Shown here piece after piece: positions 50,580-63,239 of a stretch of DNA of 64,000 nucleotides. The stretch lies in the NCBI GenBank assembly GCA_001600815.1, contig BCKZ01000011.1, forward strand, positions 227,622 to 291,621, given 5' to 3'. The DNA is from Alloascoidea hylecoeti (lineage: Eukaryota). The notes beneath the pieces are model-generated. The model saw nothing but the letters and a program-made list of their open reading frames with translations, was not told the origin of the DNA and did not search any database. The translations under genes and the position numbers were made by a program. Within the stretch, counting starts at the first letter, position 1; every line of letters begins with the position of its first letter.

Positions 50580-51725
50580 TTAAACTAACAAAGCATTAAT
50601 AAGTGAAAATAAACCTAAAATGACTATATTAACAGAACTAGGCATATAAGCACTTGACTCACTTCTAGTATGTGAACGTACTGAGGTTGGGGTTGGAGTT
50701 GGAGTCGGAATTGGACATTCAGCTTGATCGACATAATAAATCTCATGAAAGTCCAATTCTTTGCCAGAATTATCTGGAACAATTAATGATTTTGGAAAGC
50801 CACCACATACATTTGAACTTATGGTAGAGGATGGATCACAAATAGCTATTTCATTAGGTGATGGACCTGCTTCAGCTTTAGCAATCCAAACTTCAACACC
50901 CCCATGATTATAAAAACTAGCCAATAATACGGGTATAGTATCATTTACATGTTGATTTCTGATATTACCACTCAATGATTTTGCAGATCCGTCTAAGGAG
51001 TGAAAGCTAGATTCAACATGTGTCTTTCTATTCAAATAATCAACAAATTTTTTATTACCAACTTGTGGTGAACCCCAAGTCACTATTAATGGCAATTCTT
51101 CTGTACTCGTATAAAATTCCAGACCAGCAAGTTGTGCAACAGCACCACCTAATGAATGTCCTAATATGACTAATCTATAATCTGGATTCGTCATTTTCAT
51201 TTGTGCTATCGTTTCCAAAGTAAATTCATAATCTTCTGACCAAGTTTTGTAAAATCCTTCATGTACCATACATCCAGGACAATCGTAAACATCTTCAGTT
51301 AAATTCGCAGCATTCACAGGTATATATGGGGTTGGCATAATATCCATATCCATTAGGTAATTATTATCTGTTTTGGTTCCAGCAAAAATGAACACACTCT
51401 CCTTTCTTTTATGATCATACAATCCTGTCATATAAGTTTGATTACTTTCTGGAGTTGGTGCTGAGAAACCAACAATTTCAAAGTCTGAACAACCTTTTGA
51501 ATTAATACCATCTGTTGATATATTTTTGTTTGAGCTCGTATCATTCGAGTTTAATAAGTGACACCATGAGTATCTGTTAACTTGGGCATAATGGTATAGT
51601 TCTTGGAGAACAACATTTGAATCTAAATCTTCCCCAAGAGTTGAAAGAAGAAAGGAATCATCATTCTCTGTGCCGAGACATGAAACAATCGAAAAAATGG
51701 ACAATAACAAAAATATTTGATTCAT
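50580..51725 (-). CDS. Secreted class-3 (fungal) lipase with probable C-terminal GPI signal
   Basis: Signal peptide, CPGCMVHEGF, nucleophile GHSLGG, TWGSPQVGN, HVNDTIP (Asp), DFHEIYYV (His), a PT linker and a hydrophobic tail. Confidence 0.88.
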   Translation of the reverse strand: MNQIFLLLSIFSIVSCLGTENDDSFLLSTLGEDLDSNVVLQELYHYAQVNRYSWCHLLNSNDTSSNKNISTDGINSKGCSDFEIVGFSAPTPESNQTYMTGLYDHKRKESVFIFAGTKTDNNYLMDMDIMPTPYIPVNAANLTEDVYDCPGCMVHEGFYKTWSEDYEFTLETIAQMKMTNPDYRLVILGHSLGGAVAQLAGLEFYTSTEELPLIVTWGSPQVGNKKFVDYLNRKTHVESSFHSLDGSAKSLSGNIRNQHVNDTIPVLLASFYNHGGVEVWIAKAEAGPSPNEIAICDPSSTISSNVCGGFPKSLIVPDNSGKELDFHEIYYVDQAECPIPTPTPTPTSVRSHTRSESSAYMPSSVNIVILGLFSLINALLV

Positions 51726-51963
51726 CTTATTTTTAAGCAACTATATGGTCATCTTGGAATTAAACGATTATTTAAATATAACAGATTTGATATTTAAGAT
51801 TCTCCTCAAAATTGTTGGCAGCCAAACTAATTTTATAAAGTTTGGTGATTGCAACGAATATATAAATAACTATAAGGTTATATATGAAATTGTTTGTTAA
51901 TGATTTATATCCTTGCAATTATCCATTAATAAAGCTAGGCTATGGACAAGGAGGAAAAATATA

Positions 51964-52290
51964 GTGTGTGTGTGAAAACACAGTGGATGTTCCTTTGGCA
52001 TGGGCGTTCCTTGCAATTGGGCATGGAAAAATAAAAACACACTCTCTAAAACTCTGAAAATTCGAAAATTAATTAACGATCTATAAAAAAAAACATAGGT
52101 ATAGATTTATATTCTTTAGATTTTCAAAAAGTGTTGAAAGGTGTTGAGTCTTGATTTTTCAGAGAAAATTGAAGAAATAGAATTTGTTGGGTGGATAGAG
52201 ATTTTTGAGATTTTTGGAAGGTGTGTGTGTATCTTGATTTTTGTTTCTTCCTTGCCCAAGGAATGCACCATGCCCGCGACACACACACAC
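51964..52290. mobile_element. Degenerate fold-back/MITE-like element
   Basis: GTGTGTGTGTG..GGCATGGGCGTTCCTTG..GGGCATGGAAAAATAAAAACACAC on the left mirrors GTGTGTG..TTTTTGTTTCTTCCTTGCCCAAGGAATGCACCATGCC..CACACACACAC on the right. Confidence 0.45.
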
Positions 52291-53954
52291 GTCTACCCGG
52301 ATCCTAATACGGATATAGAGTACCAAATTTAAAGATACAAAGTGTATATTTATAATATAACTCGTATAATATAATGTTATAACCTTTATATTGACTATGA
52401 AATTATATGAAATAATCGTATATTGCTATGAATTTCCTGTTCCCTTACAATGCTTACATACATTGCTGGTAATGGCATCGATATCAACTGCTGCTGCCAC
52501 TATATTGTATCTAATACAGCCACAATTTCTTTTAAAAAATTTCAAGAATTCGGTAGGCATATTACGAATCTTTTAAACTGCTACAATTATAACTTATAAA
52601 CAGCTTATAATAGTTGTAATTGCAAGGTCTTTCAAAATAGATACCAACTCTAAAACATTAAGTGGCGAAAAATTCGCCTGAAATCAACTGCCGTCCTAGT
52701 ACATAATATGACCAACCGCAAGAAGCTTCAATTCTGTAAATTGAGTTTCTTTTATATTAATTAATGTTTCCAAAAGAATTCCAATATATTTTAAAAAGAA
52801 ATGTTTTCGACCTCGGAAGGAACTAAAAACAATTTAAATTTAAGCTTAATTCTCCACACAAAAGTTGCTAATACATGTATTGTATGGATCCAAGTTTAAA
52901 TTTAAAGGAATTATCATTAAAAATTACATAATTTTTAGTTAGGCTCTTGTGTAGAGATAACGGATGAATTGGCAATGGAACCCTTTAAATGTTTATTGAT
53001 AATTAGAGACGATTTGTATTTAGTTTATATGCGTATTAAAAACTATAGTAGTAAATTATTAATATCTAAATAAGTGGGGTATGGAACTCTTAACTCTGAT
53101 TAAATATTGGGAAGCAATAAATCATATTCCATAATGATTCCCAATTTCTTATTGATCAGTAATTTTTCACAAAGATACCAACACTATGGAGATTGTTTTA
53201 GTGGAATTTTTAACTTTAAAACCTTGTTAGGCGCAAACTCCAACCCAGGAAGAACATAAATAGTAATTCTTTGAGATTTTAGCTTTAGCTAAATTCAGGG
53301 TAAGTCCTTTGTGATTATACAAATACTTTTCTTTCCTTTCTTACTATTAGTTTTATAATTAGTATTACAAATTTACAAGACATTAAAGTATACTACAATA
53401 GGTATTATTTTTAACTTTACATATACATATACATATGCGTATATAATTTCCGATTAAAACTTCTAACTAATTAAGGATATAATAGAGTGAAAAACATTTA
53501 TCTCTACTATTAAACCTTCCAATATTATTTAAACCGCCATTATGGTAAGTTTTTTTTTATTTTTATTTTCTCAATGATTTAGATATTAAAAAAATTCCCC
53601 ACTCTATTTCATTTAAAAATTCTGTAGTGCTGTCCCTGCATATCGTATGCTCTCTTAATCCCAATGCCTTTTTCTATAAATTACCCCTTATTTTCTATAT
53701 TCTTTGATATTTATTATCACAGTTGACCAAGAATAATGGTCATGACTTATAACATAATTCGATGGTGTACAAAGAGAAATCGCCCACGGGGTCTTAGATT
53801 AGGTGGTGTTTTTCAGTGCAACTCGTCGTAATTCATTCATTCGACAGCCAATTATATAATTATATCTAACATGTATACCATGGCAATTCAAAATAGTATG
53901 GAGTATTTTTTAGCTGTAGATAGAGAAAATTTGGGACCTAGTTTATATAGACTC

Positions 53955-54580
53955 TAAACTAGCAAAGCATTAATTAATTAGTAAAGATAATCCTAAAATG
54001 ACTATATTAACAGAACTAGGCATATAAGCACTTAACTCACTTCTAGTGAACGTACTGGGGTTGGGATTGGAGTTGGAGTCGGAATTGGACATTCAGCTTG
54101 ATCGACATAATAAATCTCATGAAGTTCCAATTCTTTGCTAGGATTATCTAGAACAATTAATGATTTTGGAAAGCCACCACATACATTTGAACTTATGGTA
54201 GAGGATGGATCACAAATAACAATTTCATTGGGTGAATTACCTTCATGTACCATACCATCAGGACCATCTGTCAAATTCAAATCATACAAAGGTTTATATT
54301 TGACTAGCATGAGATCAATATTCATTGTGTACGTTATTAGTTTTTGATCTACTGAAAATGATTTTCTTTTCTCTTATGATGAACCAATCCTATCATATAA
54401 GTTTGATTACTTTCTGGGGTTGGTGCCGAGGAATTCAAAAATAAATTATTTTCAGTATCATTTGAGTATAGTAAACGGCACGTAGAGCATCTGTTAATCT
54501 CATAATGATATATATGTAGTTCTTGAAGAACAACGTTTGAATCTAAATCGCTATAAAGAGCTGAAAAAGAAAGGAAACAT
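53955..54580 (-). pseudogene. Deleted tandem duplicate of the lipase gene
   Basis: 53955-54235 is near-identical to 50582-50860. Fragments of the MVHEG, PTPESNQTYM and DLDSNVVLQELY regions remain but the GHSLGG core is deleted. The 3' flank ~53804-53905 resembles ~50396-50500. Confidence 0.88.
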
Positions 54581-57500
54581 CATTATTCACTTTATTTACT
54601 TCTCATACCACTAAGTAAGGTTCCCTTTATAGTTAAGCACCGGCTACATAACATAATACAACTTTACGCCAAAGAACCTTTTTTTTTTTGACTTAATAAG
54701 GTCTTTAGAAATGTGGAGCATGGATAAAACCATAAAAATGTCGGGAGCTTAGTATTATAGTGAGAAGAATAGATCAAAAAGCTTAGAAAAGCTAAAATCA
54801 CCTTGTTGCCGCCCATTCACAGATTGCATACTCTGCTGTGATGAATATAGCGTACCTAGATCGCATTTTTCAAGCTTTAGGTGTTTATTAATTTACAAGC
54901 TTTCACCCGAATGTGATCTATGCCATAGGAAGCGACTTCACAAAGTTGTAAATTACTTCTAGTGATTCTTTGAATTAATATAGGAGGGGAAAGAAAGATG
55001 GTTATATCAAAATTAAAATTGTAGGCTAAATTCACAGCTAGCGCGGCTGAATGTACAGAGATTTGTGGATTTGATTTAGATACATTTAGTGAATGAAAAT
55101 TACATAAAATGCAGCTCCAGAGAATTATCCAAATATGCATATGCATAGTCAAATAGAGATACATACTTATTGCTTGCATATACGAAATTAATAAAAAAAA
55201 GGATATCGATATAACCACAGTTACACAAACTCTTTTTTCCTATATCATCTTTTGATAAATGTAGATTAAAATGAAAACTAAATATATTAAATATTAATGT
55301 ATAATTAGTTATATACCTTTTTCTATAAAGAATGGCTATTGAATACTTAGGCGAATCCCTAATTATAAGTTTATAATTACTTTGCAACATGGCTAGCGAA
55401 TACTCTAAGGCATTCTGGCCAATTTGGTTTCAGCATAGTCACCAAGTGCAAGGCCAGTGATGGATTGGCGAATATATATTATTTCTACAAATTACAGCCA
55501 ATGTTGCCTAGGAAATTAAATCTATAAATCTATTAAATTATATTCCGGTTATTAGTTTAGCTGTGTACCAAATAATGTCAACTGATTGCCGTAATTCTCA
55601 CTAATTAATTTTATACCTCTCTTTAATATTTCTTTTAAGGAAAAAAACTCTTTTGTTATCAAAATGGATTTGAAGATATCAAATTTAAACTTATATAATT
55701 AATGATCATGATTCTCGATTAATTAGATACCAAATTTTAATACTATAAAGATTATCCGAAACTTTAACTCCCATACACCCCCCAAAAAAGAGAAATTCCG
55801 TAAAAAGAAAAGACTCCAGTACCTATATATTATTTACCACCTCCTCGTTTACATCAAATTCAACTGCATACACAATTGATAACTAGCTGTTAAACGTAGA
55901 GTAAAGCCAATTCCAGAAGATCTAGAACTCCGCTTAAAACTATGATAGTGACTTAATCACTGGATCCCAGCAAATAAACCAACTTAATCCCTCTCTCTAT
56001 ACCGGTATATTATGCTGCATAAGATTTCCAAAATATACGAAAACAAAGCATTTAAATGAGTCTCTTACTTCTAAATTTGTCGAAAACAAACTCGACATGT
56101 ACTATCTGTGGTGGTGGTTTGTGTTTTAACATTAGTTTCCTCAAGGAATTAGAAAAAATAAGTAATATATTTAAAGTAATAGTGATCTTGATAAATATTT
56201 TGAAAGAAAAAATTATTTCAATCGAACAATGGGATGATTTTATTTAATCTCATCAAATTTCGTAGTTGATATAGAATTTGGTTCTAAAAATGGTTTTATT
56301 AACAAAGTAAAGAACTTTAAGCACCATCTAAATGGTAAATTACGATATGGCGGTTGTTGTCAAAACAGTCCACAAAAATGGTATAATATATAATAAAGTC
56401 AGTGAAGAAATGGTGCCAAATATTTGGAGATTAATGTTTGTATGATTACTAGCGCTATAGGATGGGATGGCATGGAGGCATTGGAGGTTGACCTTTGGCG
56501 CTAAGAGAGTTTGAGTATAATTTTTTTTTGTTAAAGGAAGATTAAAATAAAAGCACATTCAAAAACAGTAAAAAAAGAAAATTTAAATGACATTATAATA
56601 GTTTATGAGTGTGGTTAAATTTCAGCTTGAGGTTGAGAATTCTTTCAATTTTATTTTGAATCTAGATTAATTTCTAACAAAGGGGGTGTGGGATTGAACT
56701 TTCTGCTGAAATGGAAACTTATCAGAAATGTACGTACAAAAAAGTGAGATTGATTCATCCACTTTCTACTTTACCATCTGAACCATTATTTGAGTATTTC
56801 AAAAATTGGTGTTACAATTAAGAGTAATGAAGCAGAATCCAATAAAAATAAAACCGATGGGGAGATAATTGAAATGAATTTGATTGCACCTATTAATTAT
56901 ACACCACCAGTTGTTTTTCGAATAATATTAATAACCAATAAAATATCTTGATAGAACCAACCCAAGCCCTTCAAATTAATTGGGTAAAAGAAAACTCAAT
57001 TGATCCTAAACTTGGTACGATAACATCGCTTCTTCCAACACCATTATAATTTCATATTTCTGTCATTACTTATTTATAATAATGTTTCAAGAATATAATC
57101 TTCCTTGTACTGTTGTATAATTCCTAGTAAATTAGTAATTAATGATGGAGATGCGCCAGCAACATTATAAATCACTTTCGGATAAATTGATATAAGCCAA
57201 ATTTAAAGATGGCAACGATGCTAGGGAAAACTTTCTTAAGAGACCTCTGGGGAGAGTTTCAAAGAGTTTGTGGCCGAAATTTCAAGAAAATGGATAGTTA
57301 ATTAGAATATTGATTTAGCTTGAGAGTATAATATTATTAATATCAAGCAAATTTTTATGTCTTTTTTCCATATTAGGCCTTATGCAGTTATTATAAATAA
57401 CAAAGCGATTTACCTACAGCTGCAGCTTATGAATAACTATATGAGGCTCATAGGCGCCTATAGCCATAGTATTTAAATTTAGTATAATATATGGTTACAA

Positions 57501-60230
57501 TATTAATTATATTGCCAGAAATGTTTTAAGGTTTCATTGATATCTAGGACTTGACCAGTGGTCTATAGCTTCTATTAGCTTGCAATGATCTGAGACCTAG
57601 AAATCATTATTAATTCTTAAGCTTGTAGACGGGTATAAGGCTTATATTGTGGAGAAACACTAAATTTGCGCTTGAAGTTAAGTAATCAGATACCCCCTCA
57701 TCAAGCTTAACAATCCGACCGAGAGTAAGAAGAACTATTATATAATAAAAAGCAATTACCATCATATAAGCTTATGCATATGTATGCCCTTCTGGCTTTA
57801 TATCATCACGATCCTGAGGTTCAACTTGGAGGTTGGCCAAAATTTCATTCCGATAAGCTTCAAGTATTATTCTTATATGTCTGTGAGCCAATTATTTAAT
57901 ATTCATAGAATCTGGAATTCGAATGATAATAAATATTCGAGTGCTTTTAAGCGCTTAAAAAATGCCCTACGTATACCCTACCGACTAAGGAACAGGAGTC
58001 AAGACCAAAGCCCTATTAGCTAAAGTACTATATAGAATATATATATGGGTAGATACTAGATAGTAGATCGATAGACGAGGATGTATATAATCTTATAGTA
58101 CACGTATATGGTATAAGATCTTAGATTATAGTCATTCCGTTCGTGTATAAATAGCCGTATTAGAACTATTTACCCCCTAATAAAACTCAGCTTGGTTTTT
58201 CTTTATAAACCTTACATTGTATACGTATAAGTTTTATATTTAATCCGACTTAAGTTTTGGCCATATACAGTTTCAGCTCTGTATCAGAGTTTAATTGGTC
58301 CCATACAACATTAATATTAATATATATACTAAGCAGTTATTTGCCCAATCCTCCAATTACAGAATCTTCCATGTGCTGATTTCATTCCAAAATGATCAAA
58401 TAATTTATATAAACCAAAACTCAAACATCCTATAACATTATAACTTATATGCCATACGTATACGGCTATAGCGATATAGTTCAAGTTACGTAGAATTATC
58501 ATTGGAATATTAATGTCTATCACTAGTAATAATGAATCACCACATATAAAACACTCGGGCTCGAGGAATCTTTAAAATCTAAAATTCCATAGCTACAATT
58601 GCAAACACTGCCACTGATAACCTTCATATACCGATGATCGGTATATGTGATTTGCTATGAGTTTGGGCTGTTTGAGCCCATATTTCGCCATTAAATTTTA
58701 TGGGGGTTACGGGTATTATACTATATTTGCACCAGATACTGTTTGTTGTTCCAATTGTATATTTAACTTGGAATTGTATACAATTATAATTGTCCATATG
58801 TGACATTCTATCGATGTTGCAATTACAACTATCGTTTATAATTAAGTATGGTAAATTAGATATAATATTAATAATAATATCATGATTATAAAAGTTTCTA
58901 GACCTGTATTCAGCAACAATCAGTTAATAAGTAATTAATTTATTAAAATTAGAATCAAAAATACTCCCTAAAGTGACAGAGTCCTAGACTTTTCATTACC
59001 GTACATTTAATAACAAAGAATGAGTGAGTTAAATTAACAAAATATTTAAATATATAAACTTTTTAGACAACAGATCTAAGGGCTCTGATTAATTCCGGTT
59101 TATAACCGGCACCATTTACCGGCATAACTGTTTAATAATTTTAAGCTTACTCTAACGTTGACCTTTTCAAATATAAAAGTGGATATATCTATACAGATAA
59201 TTGACGTAGGATTATTTGAAATCTATAGATACTAGATAGATATAGGTATTTAATTTTATATCATTATAACTATATTGACCATCCATGACATATATATACG
59301 AGATTTTCAAAAATGTGGGAGGATATGCACAATTGCAAGGACTGCAAGGATAGCGACATAAATTAATCCATGAAATTTAAGTTCCAATATAATAAATGAT
59401 ATTATTCATGATCTTGAAAAGCATTGCGTATGAGTTATAAATAAATACACAAAGTACACAAAAGTCATTTGCGATGAAATTAATTAGAAAGTTTCAATAA
59501 GCTGATGAAAATCTGGGGTTGATGACTGCTAATAATGCTTATATTTATAAGATCTTATACGTTAACGTCGCGACTGGACTTAAGCTGAAGATAATATTAT
59601 TAATGTTCTCCACGTCCAATATAAATGTATATATATTGATTGCAGCTAATATATACCAGAAATAGAATGTTACCATGGATTTATTTTAACCCCAATTGTA
59701 ACGTATACGAGCAGTTGATCCTGTTTTCGGTCGAATATTGAAATCTATTTAAAATTCAGGAAATGAATGGGGCGTATAGAGCTGGTGATTCTCCACAACA
59801 TGAGACCTAACTGGCGTGGTCAGTATAGATGATCACTCTGAAAACTACTATTCTACTATTATCAATCAAATCCGGTGCTCAATGTCAGGATGGAACAATT
59901 GGCTGTGCATAAGGGGAATCAATATTGAGTGCTCGGCTTAAAGATAATTAATCTGCAACTGCAGCCTTTTATATAAATGCTCTACTTTAGCGAGGAAGCC
60001 CCACAGAAATGGCAGCATGATGCATATTAGAACTGGTGATCCGTATAAGTATGCTAAGTTATATAATTAATATTGATATTTCACAGTCTCTCGCAGAAAA
60101 GAGCGTTATATTTTAATGTTAGTTTATAGTACAGATCGTCAAAGGCAAATTTAAAATATTCGGAGTATCTCCACTTCTTCTTCTATAATATCAATATCAC
60201 TCTTAAGCTTAGGATTGTTGACTACTCGGA

Positions 60231-63200
60231 ATGTTTGAAACATCATCTAATACCTTAAACTCTATGGCCGAACGACCACACATCCCTCGGTCGGAACCCT
60301 TGGAATCCTTGAGCAACCCTGTCCCTCATAGCCTACCTCCGAGGGGAATCCCAAAAAGTATATGCATAGACCAGGCCCTTGACCGGGCCCTTGGGCAGGC
60401 ACTTGGTCAGTCCCATAGTCCTTCTCTTCTTAAGCAAGACACAAATGGCAAGAAGTCAACTAGCGATCCTTCATATAGCAAACCACTTACAAAACAAAAA
60501 GATTTACAAAATTCGAAATCGGCCAGAGGTCGAAGTGCAAAACGGGTTGGGCGTGCCTGCGATCAATGTAGCAAAAGAAGAATTAAATGTGATGCTGATC
60601 ATCCGTGCAAAAGTTGTATCAGACTACAAATCCCTTGTGAATATACAAGACAGCATAAAAAAAGAGGTCGGGCAAGTACTGTTTATGCTGATACTGTGGC
60701 TAAGAAGAAAAGAAAGCAACTGGAAATGCAACAGTCAATGAAATCGATGGTCATCGATAAAAATAACAACCCAAATTCCACCACTAGTGAAGTAACAATA
60801 TCCAGTAGTTCTATGCCAGTTACTATTGCTCCAGATGACTATTCTAACGTTGATATGACCGCTTCTCAATCTTTAAACGGAAATGGAACTCCTTCTTCTT
60901 CAAGTTCTTCAATGTCTCCCAATTCAAATGTGCCTTTACAACTACCTGGTCCGGTTGCTACGCCATTTCCAAATCAATCTAACATGGCTTCTTATTCTAA
61001 TGATTCTACGTTATTAGATTCCTTTTTACATCCAATGTTTTCAATGGAAAGGACTGTATCTACTAATTTGGAAGAAATGATGGGATCTATTACACCTGGA
61101 ATGTTTAGAGCTCCAACTCCCAATTGCAATTTCCTCAATATGCCACAATTGCAGCCAATCACATCAACTACAACTACAACTACAACTATTGATAATATAA
61201 ATACTACCATGAATATGAGTATGAGCATGAACAAGGATACCATTCCTCCCATTACAGCTTTAAACTCCGATTTGCGACAAACCCCTTTAATCAGCAGTAA
61301 CGTGGAACATAACTGCGATACAAGTGTATCACCGCGCAGTTGCAATCAAACAGTGATTAAAACTGCTTTAAACCCACTTACAAGAACTTCGATACCAAAA
61401 TTACAATCTCTACCAAAATTGCAATCACAGCCAATTATATCAACCTCATCTTCATCATCATCTTCATCTTTACAAATTTCAACAAATCAATCATCTTTAA
61501 GATATCCAGTTTTAAAACCTTTATTACCATATCTTGAACAAATTTCTTTACCAGTCAATGTTGCCTGTGATCTTTTAGATTCATATTTTGATCATTCTCC
61601 ATATTTTGAAACTTTTTTAATACGACGATCATCAATTTTATCAACAAGCCAACCTCGGCCAACATCACCTGGAATGTTATGTGCACTATTATTAGTGGCT
61701 GCCCATGGATTTGATCATCCTTATATTTCTTCAACTCCTGCAAATCAATATAAAATCACCTCACGTTTATTTCAATTTGCTATTGATTTATCACCGTATT
61801 TACGCCATGATATTGTTGCAGATGGTCTTTATACAACCGGTACAAAACAATCATTTTCTACTTCTGCATATGCAGCTCGTAACGATAATAGCTTCAGATT
61901 AGATGGGAAAGTAGCAGAAACAATTCATGTAACAGTTGATCAAACCCCACCATCTTCTAAAGAATGCACTTTAGATGAATTGATTACATGTATTCAAATC
62001 GGAATAGTAGCATCATCATCAGAATTTAAAGGTGGATCGATGAGATGGTGGAGAACAGCACAAGGAATGTCTCGGGATTTAAAATTAAATCTTGAGTTTT
62101 CAAATTTATCAGAAGAAGAAAGAGAAGAAAGAAGAAGATGTTTTTGGTTAATTTATATGGTTGATAGACATTTAGGATTATGTTATAATCAACCATTAGC
62201 AATATTAGATTCTGAATGTCTCGAATTATATCATCCAATTAGTGATTTTATTTGGAATCATACTGATCCAAGTTTAAAATTATCAAAAATACCAACAAAT
62301 TTATTATATAAAGATAGAAAAATTGGTATATCTTTTAACTTTTCTGAAGGAGTTTATGGATTTTTCTTACCAGCAATGTCAATATTGGGTTCAATTGTTA
62401 CAATGCATCATTTATTACAACAACCAATTAATTTCTTATCAAAAGATATGTTTCTTGATTTTGGTAGATCTCAGATTGAAATTGCAATAACTCAATATGA
62501 ACAAGCAATTGATGATTTTAATAATAATAAAGGTACAAATGATAATAGTAATAATAATAATTTACAACGAAAAAATGAAATGATGGATGAAATATTAATT
62601 GATTATTCTGAATATACAGATTGGATTAAATATCATGAAGTTTGGATTAACTATGCAAAGTTTTTTTCTCATGTTTTAAGATTATTATTATATATTTCTT
62701 GGGATCCAATTGTCTTATTTAATACGCCAATTTCAACTATTTCAACTTCAAGAGATTTTCAAAAAGCTATTAAAGATTCTATATCAATTTCATTTGAATT
62801 AGAGAAAATTTTAGAATTAGATCCAGAAATGAGATTAATTCCTTTCTTTTCAGGGATTTATTTATTACAAGGTGGTATTATTTTGTTAGTTATATTAGAA
62901 AAAATGGGTAAAGATACAAGTAATGAAATTATTAAAGCTGCAGAAGTTGTTGTTAGAGCTCATGAAGTTTGTATTGTTACATTATTCACCGAATATCAAA
63001 GAGTTTTTAGAACCTGTATGAGAGCTGCTTTAAGATCAGTTAAAATGAAAAAATTAAGAGCAAAACAATCAAATTTAAAGCAAGTAGGGGATAATAATGA
63101 TGAACTAGATGTATTTAATGAATCAGAGTCTAGCGCTCATAATATTGAGAATAATGAATTTGAAGAAGTTTCTAAAAAACGAAGGGAAGCAATGGGAGTT

Positions 63201-63239
63201 TATAAATGGGCACCAGGTGGTTACGGTCTTGGAGTATGA
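60231..63239 (+). CDS. Zn2Cys6 transcription factor, XlnR/Xyr1/AraR family
   Basis: RACDQCSKRRIKCD..PCKSC..C.Y.R..KKRGRAS; LRYPVLKPLLPYL..ACDLLDSYF; SSEFKGGSMRWW; EEEREERRRCFWLIYMVDRHL; WDP; PFFSGIYLLQG; VRAHEVCIVTLFTEYQRVFR; C-terminal YKWAPGGYGLGV. All parallel conserved XlnR blocks. Confidence 0.85.
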   Translation: MFETSSNTLNSMAERPHIPRSEPLESLSNPVPHSLPPRGIPKSICIDQALDRALGQALGQSHSPSLLKQDTNGKKSTSDPSYSKPLTKQKDLQNSKSARGRSAKRVGRACDQCSKRRIKCDADHPCKSCIRLQIPCEYTRQHKKRGRASTVYADTVAKKKRKQLEMQQSMKSMVIDKNNNPNSTTSEVTISSSSMPVTIAPDDYSNVDMTASQSLNGNGTPSSSSSSMSPNSNVPLQLPGPVATPFPNQSNMASYSNDSTLLDSFLHPMFSMERTVSTNLEEMMGSITPGMFRAPTPNCNFLNMPQLQPITSTTTTTTTIDNINTTMNMSMSMNKDTIPPITALNSDLRQTPLISSNVEHNCDTSVSPRSCNQTVIKTALNPLTRTSIPKLQSLPKLQSQPIISTSSSSSSSSLQISTNQSSLRYPVLKPLLPYLEQISLPVNVACDLLDSYFDHSPYFETFLIRRSSILSTSQPRPTSPGMLCALLLVAAHGFDHPYISSTPANQYKITSRLFQFAIDLSPYLRHDIVADGLYTTGTKQSFSTSAYAARNDNSFRLDGKVAETIHVTVDQTPPSSKECTLDELITCIQIGIVASSSEFKGGSMRWWRTAQGMSRDLKLNLEFSNLSEEEREERRRCFWLIYMVDRHLGLCYNQPLAILDSECLELYHPISDFIWNHTDPSLKLSKIPTNLLYKDRKIGISFNFSEGVYGFFLPAMSILGSIVTMHHLLQQPINFLSKDMFLDFGRSQIEIAITQYEQAIDDFNNNKGTNDNSNNNNLQRKNEMMDEILIDYSEYTDWIKYHEVWINYAKFFSHVLRLLLYISWDPIVLFNTPISTISTSRDFQKAIKDSISISFELEKILELDPEMRLIPFFSGIYLLQGGIILLVILEKMGKDTSNEIIKAAEVVVRAHEVCIVTLFTEYQRVFRTCMRAALRSVKMKKLRAKQSNLKQVGDNNDELDVFNESESSAHNIENNEFEEVSKKRREAMGVYKWAPGGYGLGV

